Positions 1 through 11,407 of a stretch of 64,000 nucleotides of DNA are shown in pieces. Numbering within the stretch: the stretch's first letter is position 1; the number at the start of each line of letters is the position of its first letter. Under the pieces are notes generated by a model. It had not been told where the DNA came from and searched no databases. It saw nothing but the letters and a program-made list of their open reading frames with translations. The DNA is taken from NCBI RefSeq assembly GCF_026210795.1, contig NC_089429.1, forward strand, positions 124,001-188,000, in the 5' to 3' direction. Origin of the DNA: Rhizophagus irregularis (Eukaryota). The position numbers and the translations under genes were made by a program.

Positions 1-1905
1 CCGTTCCTTCTGGTCTTCCTATCAACAAAGTCCAAGTGATTACCTCTCCTCATAATACTACTACTCCTGTTGAAACTGTTGACGCTTCTATCCATGCTCT
101 CACTAACACCAGTAGTAAAGGCAAAGCTGTTGCCTTCAAAGTCCTGGAACGACAACCATCCCCAATGGTAATGCTGCCGCTATCAAATCTGCACCCTCTC
201 GTTATCATGCTGTAGCCTATCTACACGACGCACCTGACACGTTTAAAGCTAAATTCACCACCAATCGATCCATGTGTGACGAAATGGATTGTTCACTCTC
301 CCACTACCCTTCCTATAGCACCCGCGCACGTTGTGATGGATCAGGCTATAACAAAAAAATCCTTGTCTACTTCAATAATCATGAAGATTTTACCGATTGT
401 GTCAACTTCCCACGTACCAATCTCCTCGATTTGGCCTTTACACATTATTCCCCTGCAGATGTCAAGCTTAGCGACGAAGCGAAATCTTTATTCGTCACCG
501 ATATCCCACTTTTTCTAAACGAAACACAAGTCCGTTAGGCGTTTTCTCAATATGGTACTGTGATTAAGTGCAAACTTACCCCTAGGAAACATTACTGTAA
601 TGGACACATCCAATTTTCTTCTGCTGATGCAGTTACCCAATTTAATGATATCTGGGCGATCATTTGCTTAGGCAATTCTTTACGTGTCTACCTGGCATCT
701 TTCTTAAAATTCCAACGTGATAGTCGTAGAAAACATGTTGCTATCCTTGCTTGCATTCCAAAAAAATATTAGGGAAGCTGACCTTTTAGAAATTGCTAAC
801 CAAGTCAACGCTAAGGCTCTTAACGTCCCCCTTTCTATCAGTTCTTACAAGCCTAAACCCTATGTATATATGAATTTCTCCTCATTTGACACTCTTGAAG
901 CTGCAAAAGAGATGACTGTAGCTTTCCGCGGCAAAGGGTTGATGTGGCACCCTCCCAATGATGCACACACTTTATGCCATGTTTGTGAGAGTCCTGGTTG
1001 TTTCCTTTCTGTGTGTAATCCTCGTTTTACACGTAAAGTGAATGATCGTCTTACCAAATTATATTCATGCTTTAATGCTATTCCTCAACGTGGTCATCAG
1101 GATTCGCACCAATCACATGACAAATCCAATTCCCATTCAAGATCGCGATCCAATTCTAGATCCCGCAATAATTTTTTTTCACCCCGATCCAGCAATAGCA
1201 ATAATAATCCTAATATTTCTCGTCCTGAAACCTCCTCATATAACAACCAGAATAATAACAATAATAATAACAAACCCAGAAATAATGAAACTTCTTCAGG
1301 TTCTACTCAATCTTCACACAAATCTTAGCCTAATAAATCTATACCTGTTTCTCCATCTAACAATTCTGCCTTTACGCTTCCTCAACATATTATTGATGAT
1401 TTAAAAGCGCAGATTAATAAGATTGCTAATACCCTCTATACTCTCAATGAAACTGTCTCCTGGATGTAGGAAACTATCACGCAACATGAGTATAGACTAT
1501 CTGAGCTCGAATCAATGATGAATTATGATAATCCTGGTGACTCAGATTTATATCTGCCTCATGATGATCATGAAAACTATTCCCATGGTAATGGATAGGA
1601 TGATGAACCAACCCGAAAAACGAATTCACGATCCAATCTTCCTCCTTATACTTCCTCTTCTCTTATAGACACCTCTCCTAATACCTCCTTTTCAACTTTG
1701 GATCCTAACTCCGTCTTATCTAGTAGACATGTCCCTTTACCAAACTCATGATCCAACATTATTGCCCCTGATGCTACTACTTCCCGTCTACAATTGGAAA
1801 TTTCTAATGTTACTAATGTACATAAGAATCTTTCTGCTCAACTTGGTTTGATTATGGATGAATTGGACTCCTTCTCCCTCAAACCTTTCCCCTTCTAATG
1901 ATTAA
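1..1905 (+). pseudogene. LINE A ORF1 (RRM plus Cys-knuckle nucleic-acid-binding protein), disrupted
   Basis: ORF fragments 272-538, 560-772 and 717-1328 match ORF1 of copy B (LFVTDIPLFL, KPKPYVYMNFS, CHVCESPGC). Confidence 0.9.
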
Positions 1906-2050
1906 ACACCAACTTAATTTGGGTGATTTACAGGGATTTTACCCTACTAATAGTGCGATACCTGATAATGCTAATCATAATAATTTTCCCCTTTCCTCTT
2001 CCCCTCTTATTAATTTTGGACAAATCAATGTTAATGGTTTATGTTCCCCT

Positions 2051-2250
2051 CACAGGTCGAAATGCTAAAAATCGGCAAAAAAAATGGCGCGATAAGCAGT
2101 GGCTATTCTTGGCTATTCTTGGCTATTCTTGGCTGTTTTTGGCTATTTACGAATTAACCTATACTATTTGTAAATAGTTTATACAAATTTGCGAATAGTT
2201 TATGCGATTTGCGCCATTTTTTTTGCCTATTTTTGATCATTTGACGTGTG
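2051..2250. mobile_element. 200-bp non-autonomous CMC/CACTA-type MITE (CACAG ends)
   Basis: Ends are CACAGGTCGAAATG and CATTTGACGTGTG, with a 3-bp TSD cct (2048-2050, 2251-2253). It is absent from LINE copy B at the homologous site. Internal ggctattctt occurs 3 times. Confidence 0.92.
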
Positions 2251-4618
2251 CCTGTTAGACGATTACATTTGTTAAATTATTTCTTGCATTCTTCATTTGA
2301 AGTTCTATCTCTAAATGATACTCGTCTTACTTCGTCTAGTGCTAAGTTTATATATCAACATGATCATTCCCAATATAATTTTAAGTTCTATTAGGCTCCT
2401 TTCCCTTCTAATTCATGACTCCATGATGGTGTTGGTCTTTTACTTCGCCATCCTTTACATAAACATGTTCAGAAGATCGATCCTTAGAAAGGTCATCTTT
2501 TAAAATTAGATTTTTTCTTTTACCAAACTAAAATTTCTATTATTTCAGTTTATATTCCTCCTTATCATTCTATTCATTACAAAGAACGTGATGCTATTTT
2601 TGCACAACTTAATTTATGGCTTGATAAAGCCCGTTCTAATAATTATCACGTAGTCATCCTTGGTGACTTTAATGCAGATAAACTTTCACATTCGCATCTT
2701 CCTCAACATCATTTAAAAATTTTGCGATCACTTTCTTCTCGATATTTTACAGATCATCAATCCTATATTTCTTCTATTTTAGGTCCTAGTCCTACCTTTT
2801 ATCATTTGAATGGTTCTTCAAGATTTGATTATATTTGGTTATCCCCTGGATTTCCTGCTCCTGGTCTTTTCTCTCAAGTTGAATCTTGCCCGATGCTGAA
2901 TGATCATCAATTTACTGATCACTGTGTACTGCCTTTGATTTTAGCTCTTGTTTCGCTACTCTAGCTAAAGCTAGATTAAAACAAAAAAGCGAACAACACA
3001 CTATTTTTCTTTACAAAAATATTAAAGATGATACTTGAGTGACATTTTCCAATGAAGTTAACTCGCGTCTTAAGTTGTATTTGGCTACACATCATCCCTC
3101 CATCTCTTCACTCTCAGCTCTTTCCTTGGACAAACTTTGGCACGTTCTTAAACGTTCTATTCTTAGGGTGCCATTGATTCTCTACCATTTCAACATGTAT
3201 CCAATACTCACTATCATAAATATCCTCCCGAGCTTACTATGCTTATTGCTATCAACAAATTCTTGGATAGATTATTGTTTAAATTGACCACATCTAGGCC
3301 TAGTCGTCCTGCTCAAATTTCACAAATGACTAATTCTTTACCTACCCAATTAATCCTTCTTAAATCTCTTTTAACAGATTATACTATACCTTCTTATAGT
3401 ACAACACCACTTTCCACTTTTGTCAAATTTTTGCCTCACAAAAAGCTTTGGTCTCTGCTTATTTATCCACGCTATTTCATCAACATCATACAGACTCGAT
3501 TGAGTATTATACTGCTCTTAGAGATGAACATTTTTCTACGTCTCTGGGCTCCTTTATTTATTCAGCCCTATCAGTAAAACATCGCTCTATCGTTCTCGAT
3601 AGAGTTTTGGTTGTAATCGACTCCAAACCCACTTTACTTACTGATCCCTCAGACATCAAACAAGCTGCTATTAAACATTTCCAATCGGTTGTTACTTCTC
3701 TTTTGGTCCAGTATTCTTCTACGGATTTATTTCCTCCACGTTGGAAAAGAGCATATATTCCTCTTTCTGATATTGATTCGTCATTATATAACTTGGTCAT
3801 GTCTCCTATTTTGGATGAATAATAAAATAACACTATCATGTCCATGCCTAACAATAAGACCTCTGGTCCTTCTAAGATTTCTTATAAGATCATCAAACAC
3901 TTGATTGGAGAAGCTTTCAATTTGTCCCTCATTTTAGCTAATGCTTGCCTTATTCATGGAGATATTCCTGCTGATTGGCGTGAAGCGCTTGTTTATCCTA
4001 TTCCGAAGCTTCATGAATTTGACGTTCAATTAAAGTATACACGACCTATCATTTTATTAGAAACTGTACGAAAATGTGTGGTTAAGATCGTTTCAACTCA
4101 ACTTTCAAAAATCCTAGCTGACAACCAAGTGCTGCAAGGTGGTAATTTTGCTGGATTGCCGGGTGGTTCTACTGACATTCCTATTAAGATGCTTGATGCT
4201 ATTATTCATCAATGCCGCTTCAACAAAACTGATGACCAAGAATTATGGATTGTTTCCTAAAACATTTCTAAGGCCTTTGATTCGATTGATTTAAATATGC
4301 TTAGACTTTAGACTGGCTTTGATCCATCTGCATATACCGTCTTTGTTGATTAAATTTATTATTAACCTTTTTACAAGACGTAATAATAAAATTATTACCC
4401 ATCATTGTGATACTTCTGGATATAGAGTTAGAATTGGTATTGACCGGGGTGAAATTATTTCTCCGTTATTATGGGTCATTTATTTGGATCCTTTACTTAC
4501 AACACTTAATAGAGAAGCTTGTGATCCCTTTATTTTGAAATCTTCTGCATTATTGGACTACTTCCCGATTGAATATGAGCAACATAATCTTCCTATTTCG
4601 CATATTACATTTATGGAT

Positions 4619-6749
4619 CACTAGTTGAACGATGTCAAATCGGGGACCAATCAGATGACCGAATTCCACCCGATTGGTCCCTATTTTTTTAAAAATTTTC
4701 ATCAATCGGTAAACCCGATTGCTGCCAAAAGATGGCGCAAAAGAAGGATACTCGGGTACCAATCAGGATATTCAATAGAGTATAATCGGGTATTAATAGT
4801 TACCAATAGGATATTTACTGGATATTTACTATTTGATATATCAGTATACCGATTGATAACTTTTTGATAAATTTATAACAATAAGAAATCTGCCGATTGC
4901 ATACATTTTTATTTAAATTTATTTGATATTTTACAATAATTACATTTAATAATTTAAATTTATTAATTATTAAAAATACAAAATCAGAAATACTACTAAT
5001 ACTAAAATTTTATCTGGAATCCGATATCCAGGTTGGAGCAAATTCCCTACAAAAGAAATAAAAAAACATTAAAGAAAGTTTTTTTAAAAAAGTTTCAAAA
5101 GTTAAAACTTACTTATGGGATTCCGGTATATACATCTATCAGAGTCGATTCCCTATAATAGAATAATAAAAAAACATTTATTACCGTTTTTTTAATAGTT
5201 TTGAAAAAAAATTTCCAAAACTTATTACTTATGGGATTCTATGGGATTCGTTATACCGATTGTCTATAATAGAACATTTAAAAAAAAACGTTAAAAACGT
5301 TTTTTAATAGTTTCGAAAAAATATTTTTCGAAACTTACCTATAGGATTCGTTATACTGATTCCCTATAAAAGAATTAAAAAAAAATGTTAACATTTTTTT
5401 AATAGTTTCGAAAAAATATTTTTTGAAACTTACCTATAGGATTCATTATACCGATTCCTTATAATAGAATTAAAAAAAAACATTAGTTAACGTTTTTTTA
5501 AAAGTTTCAAAAAATATTTTCGAAACTTATCTATGGGATTCGTTATAACCGATTCCTATAATAGAATAATAAAAAAATTTTAGTTAACATTTTTTTAAAA
5601 GTTTTGAAAAATAATTTTCAAAACCTATCTATGGGATTCATTATAACCGATTCCCTATAATAGAATAATAAAAAAACGTTAGTTAACGTTTTTTTAATGG
5701 TTTCAAAAAATAATTTTTCAAAACTTACCTATGGGATTCGTTATAACCAATTCCCTATAATTGTATATTAAAAAAAAAGAGGTTTAAAAAATTTTTTCAA
5801 AACTCACCTATGGGATTCGTTGTAACTGATTTCCTATAATAGTGTATTAGAAAAAAACGTTATTAAAAACGTTTTTTAATAGTTTCGAAAAAGAATTTTT
5901 TGAAACTCATCTAGTATGGGATTCGTTATAACCGATTCCCTACAATTGAATAATAAAAAAAAATGAGTTTCGAAAAATTATTTTTCAAAACTCACCTATT
6001 GGATTCATTATAACCGATTCCCTATAATTGAATATTAAAAAAAAGTGAGTTTTGAAAAATTATTTTTCGAAACTCACTTATGGGATTCATTATAACCGAT
6101 TCCCTATAATTAAATATTAAAAAAAAAGTGAGTTTTGAAAAATTATTTTTTGAAATTCACCTATGGGATTCGTTATAACTGATTCCCTACAATTGAATAT
6201 TAAAAAAAAAGTGAGTTTCAAAAAATTATTTTTCGAAACTCACCTATGGGATTCGTTATAACCGATTCCTTACAATAAAATGTTAAAAAAAAATGTTAAA
6301 AATCGTTTATTAATATCTTCAAATGTAAAATGTTTGAAACTTTTGTGGGATTCCGGTATCCAAATCGGAACCAATTTCCTAAAAAAAAAAAATTTTTTAA
6401 AAGTTTCAAAAGTAAATGTTTGAAACAAAATGTTAAAGATAGTATGAAATAGTTTAAACTTTTTTTTAGGTTTCAAAAGTAAATGTTCGAAAAAAATGTT
6501 AGTGTAAATTTCAATAGTATAAAATAGTTTAATTTTAGTTAAAGAAAAATAGTTTATCAATAGTCTAATTGAAACAATAGAAATCAATCGGTAAATTTAA
6601 ACTGAACGATAGTTATCAATCGGGTATTAACCTGATTGATACCCGATTGAAGTGTACACCAATTTCTAACTATTGAATAAATCAGGTAACCGATCAAAAA
6701 AAAAGTTACCAATCGGGTAGGTACCCGATTGGTCAGCGTTTTACCTGTG
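4619..6749. mobile_element. Non-autonomous CACTA-type element with internal tandem array; right boundary tentative
   Basis: It begins CACTAGTTGAACG exactly where LINE A homology stops. Dense ccgatt/aatcgg subterminal motifs occur at both ends. The candidate right end is CGTTTTACCTGTG, with no matching TSD (adjacent deletion). A homologous left end lies at 49631. Confidence 0.7.
5040..6380 (-). repeat. Tandem array of about 13 units (80-115 bp), each with splice-signal-like motifs on the minus strand
   Basis: Recurrent aaact(t/c)acctatgggattcgttataaccgattccctataat plus A/T tracts. Confidence 0.9.
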
Positions 6750-9439
6750 ACCTGATCATCTAATTAAGCATTTTGATTGGCTAAAATAATATATAATTAA
6801 TAAAAAAATTTTTATTGATTTTAAAAAAAATGTATTGATCTTGCTGTGATTTTAATCAAAATTTAAATAAACTGCTTGTTTTATATTCTATAAAATTATG
6901 CAAAGTTTTTTAAAAAATCCGAATTTTAATAAAAAATTTTTTTTAAAACAACCTCAAAATAAATATCAAGAGTTTTGCAACGCATATACATATTACAAAT
7001 AAGCAACACTCTGTAATTCAAAGTTAAATCGCCAGCAACTAATGGAAGAGTGTACAACTGTTTGGAAAGAAGTTAGAAAAAATAACATCACTTTTATTGA
7101 AAATAAAATTTGTGAATATTATGATACTGTACCTTCTACTGTTCGTTTTCATCAAAAAATTTTTATGTCACGTAATGTGACTAGTAGTTTTCATCATACC
7201 TCCACTCCAAAACACACCTCTACTCCAAGACAATTAGTTGGATTTATTGATACTACCAAAATACCAAAAAATGCTACATGACAACGTAATGCAGCTGAAA
7301 AAATCAATTTAGCTATTAAAAAGATATCTGAATATGAACAAATGATGGAAATTTCTACGGATGACTCAATAAAAGTTACACTATTATCAAAAATAATTGA
7401 TGAACAAAAAATATTATCAGAACAAAGGGCTCAACTAAATAAATTAAAACGTCATGCTGGTGCACAAGCAAAGTTAACAACGAAAAAATTAAAGTTGCTA
7501 GAAGAAGAAGGAGTTGTAGAAAAATATAATACTCCAGGAAGACCATCTGCAGCTATGAAAGACCCAGATCTATGGGATAAGATTCATAATAGTATTGAAT
7601 TTGGAGCTGCTCATGCTAAACGTAGAAAAGTAATTATTAAAATAAGAACGGTAAAGCATTTACGCGAAGCCTTAGAAGAAAAATATAATACCTATTTATC
7701 TCGTCAATACTTGTCTACTTATCTCCAACCGTGCCATCAAAATACTTTTGCAGCACGTCGTCATCATCGTCTAGCAAAAGTTGGTCTCGCATCTGTAGCA
7801 CGAACAGAAATGAAATCTCATGTTGATGAACACTATTGTTTAGCTTCTGTTAAAGCTGCAAAAATGTTTGCTGAAGTTTTTGCGAATGAAGCAGTTATTA
7901 TTTCCCAAGATGATAAGGCAAAGCAAGGTGGGATTAGGAACACCTGCAGTTGGCCGTACATTTAAGACAGTTCAAACTGTTAACGAACCAGTAATTATTG
8001 AAGATCATGATTTTCCAGTTGGTTCAAAAATGAAACTCATACCTTTTGTTTATCTAACTATTGATCCAACTGATTCAAGTAATACTCTTCGAACTGGTAA
8101 ACTTTCCATATTCATTAGACCAGAATATTTTATTGGAACATCATTAGAAACCCATATAGCGGATTTAGAAAGCATTGTTTCTAATGAAGAATTTTTCACT
8201 ATCATAAAAAAAGATGATGAAGTTAAACCTATTTGGATCCTTCTTGTTGATGGTGGACCTGACGAAAATCCAAAGCATATGAAAAATATTATTCAATATG
8301 CTCACCTTTTTCGTGCTCTTAATTTGGATTATTTAACAGTTCGTACTCATGCTCCAGGTCAAAGTGCATATAATCCAGTAGAACGGGATATGACTTCTTT
8401 ATCTGCAAAACTTGCCAGTATCACTTTACCTGTAAATGAGTTCGGTTCACATCTAGATAGTCAAGATAATGTAATAGATAAAGAATTAGCATGACGAAAT
8501 TTTGAGTTTTCGGGAAAAAGATTATGTGATATATGGAGAAGAGATGACATACATGGAAAGCCTGTAACAGTGAAATATATTGACAAGGAAATAATTCCAT
8601 TTAATGAGTTTGATTCTTCAACATCATGGGAATGGATAGAGAACCATGCACAAATTTGCCGCTATTCACTAGACATAAAAAAATGTAAAAATCGGGAATG
8701 TTGTAGTGAAAATAGAGCCACAGATGCAATGTTACTTTTGGATGAAAATGACGGATTCCTTTTTCCGATTACAAAAGGAAAAGACGGTCATTTCATTAAT
8801 CCAATTCACACCCTTCAATATTATGATAAGCTTAAAATCTTACTATATGACCGTTGTTGTCCTTCAATTTCACAAGAACTACACCAGCAGCTGTATTGTA
8901 ATATTTGCGGTAAATACTTTCCAACTCTAAAATTTATGAAGGAACATAAACGCAACGTACATTCTAAACGTCACTCTCAAAATAACAAGCAATTAAAAAG
9001 AACTCATAACGAAACAGAATTGGAATGTGTAGTTATTCCGTTTTGAAATTTTAATGTTGCAGAAGATATAATCCAAGGACAAGACTCATGGCAGAAAGTT
9101 ATTTTGGATTATCGCGAAGTTCAGTCAGATGAAGACTAGTTAAATTAGTGTTTTCTTTCTTTTTGTTTTTTCTTTTATAATTAATAAATAAATGAACGTT
9201 AAATTACTTTTTTTAAACATTTTTTATGGTATTTTAAACTTTATTTATTTTTAGACATTAGTGATATATAAATACGTTACATAAAAACTCAGTGTTACAT
9301 TTTACGGATTTACCATATTCCATATTCAATTTTACTAATAAATAATTAGCCAATAAAATTACAAATACTTATCATGTGGATCTGATTTATAGCTTAACCT
9401 CCCACCCCCTCTTAAATCAGCTGATTCCTGGCACGCCCC
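6750..9439 (+). mobile_element. Zator DNA transposon, left end deleted
   Basis: It contains a Zator-type transposase. The right end ...gattcctggcacgcccc is followed by TAA (9440-9442), where LINE A resumes. GG termini and TWA targets are established Zator properties. Confidence 0.75.
6898..9139 (+). pseudogene. Zator (TP36/ISAzo13-related) DDE transposase with C-terminal C2H2 finger, disrupted
   Basis: ORFs 7042-7281, 7342-7965, 7868-8494 and 8570-9046 carry the motifs SQDDKAK, DHDF, VDGGPDENP, APGQSAYNPVER and CNICGKYF...H...H. Start and end are approximate. Confidence 0.8.
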
Positions 9440-10569
9440 TAATTTCAAGTCCTACTTTTACTTTAAAAGCGTTAGCTTTATCCACATCTTTCCATTTTCT
9501 AGGTGTTTGGTTTTGTCTTTCGGCCTCTTCTCGTTTTGTTCATACACAAACCACTTCCATGGTTAAGGACATGGGCGCTCTACTCAGTCCTAAAAAGCTT
9601 TTGGCATAACACGTGGCCTATCTTTATAATATTGTGTTACTTTTGAGACTGGAATTTCGCCTACAAACTACACTTTTTGCTGAATCTACCATTAATCGCA
9701 TAGTTTCTTCAATGCTTTCCCTTATTCGACAGAAGGCTGGCTTTCCCCCAGTCACACCTATTTCCGCACTTTTTACATTGTTGCCGTTCTCCATTCAACA
9801 AGCATTTGGTCGATTTTTATCATCTCATGTGGCTTCATGGCAGAAAATTTTTTCTCACCCTTCATATAAGCTTTTTGCTAATTATATGATTACTTATCTC
9901 CAAGGTTTTTTGGACTGCAATGCCTGTCCTTCTACTATTGATTTGGAACCATGGTCCCATACATTTTCCTTGCGAACACATTCTTTGTTCAATTCTCTAT
10001 TGTTCTCTTCTCGATTGAATATTACGTGGTCTTTATTGTTCCGACCTCTGAGAAAAGATCTACGTCCGGCGATTTCACTCTGGTCTATTTTACCAAAGAT
10101 TTATTTACTTCCATGAAAAATGTTCGAAAAAATTTCTGCACTCATTATCTTGCCCAATTGATTACACCGTGTAGCTCTCGACTTCTCTCATAGAAAGATT
10201 TACGCTTTCTTAAACGAGTTTCGAACAAAGGATCTGTGCCTGCCTGGTTTAATTATTTATTTAATCTTATTGTTATTCCTAATTCCCCTTTTTTTTCTGT
10301 TTCACCACAATTTAGAATCCCTATTTCCCATACTGTAGCTTCTACAGTCAACTCCCTCTATAGTCACTCCCATTATAGTCACATTCTACTATATAGTCAC
10401 ACCAGTTGAATGTTCAAAACACTTTATTATTAAAATCTATCCTATATAGTCACAATCTATCTATAGTCACTATCACACCTATCCTCAAAAATCTTATATT
10501 AAAAAGAACCGTTTATAATCACAGTTATATAAAGAATATATTAAATAACTTGGCATCTAATAATCGTAC

Positions 10570-11150
10570 AAAGATGTATCATAGCTTGTTAGAATTGTCT
10601 CACTGAGACGAATCGAATGGTGGTAGTTTTATCCTTTTCCGATCACTGGCTGACGAGTTATTCAACAAAATGTTAAACATCAGCATTATAATATTTCTTG
10701 ATTTACGTTTACTGCGCCATTTAACATTTTGCTAGATTTCTCGGTACCTAGTGATTGTAAAAAGACGATTTATAGCTCGTTGGAATCGCCTCATCGAGAC
10801 GAATCGAATGGTGGTAAGCTCATCACTCTGTGATCAATATTGACGGAGTTATTACTTAAAAACAATTTAATATTTTTTAATTTCGGAAATTGATCTAGTG
10901 ATTGGATTTCGATGTATCATATACCATTAGATTCGTCTCATCAAGACGAATCGAATGGTAGTAAGATCGTCTTTCTAGGATCAATATTGACAGAGTTATT
11001 ACACAAAAACCATTAATATTTTTTAATTTCGGAAATTAATCTAGTGATTGGATTTCGACGTATTTTATACCATTAGAACCGTCTCATCAAGACGAATCGA
11101 ATGGCGGTAAGATCATCTCTCTGCGATTAATATTGGCGAAGTTACGATAC
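10570..11150 (+). repeat. Four ~145-190-bp internal units of the MITE, each centred on an imperfect palindrome (ttcgtct-catca-agacgaa)
   Basis: gacgaatcgaatgg occurs at 10607, 10798, 10945 and 11091. Confidence 0.9.
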
Positions 11151-11407
11151 AATAAAGTTTTAAGTATAATTCTGCTAAAATTATGTTAATTTATGGCCGG
11201 AATTATGATATACAAATATAAGAAATTTTTTATATAGTCACATCTCTTTATAATCACCAAATATGGAGGATCATCGCAACTCTTTCCTGAATTTTTGAAA
11301 ATACTAATAAAAATTTATTTTTGAAATTTTCGTTCGAAAATTTCTAAGTGCTCGTTTAAAATACTAATATTTCCACAGTTGCTTTCCTCTTTACTGAGCT
11401 CTAAACT

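Noticed and set aside
5040..6380. CRISPR-like appearance (palindromic ~30-bp repeat with spacers)
   Set aside because: The spacers are homologous A/T tracts rather than unique sequences, there are no cas genes, and the context is a eukaryotic TE.
10406..10606. Duplicated 66-aa ORF (also 54625-54825)
   Set aside because: A chance frame within two copies of a non-coding MITE, with a non-ATG start.
10570..11150. Regularly spaced gacgaatcgaatgg repeats as a CRISPR or integron array
   Set aside because: Whole units are homologous and lie inside a TIR element that is duplicated at 52933-54885.
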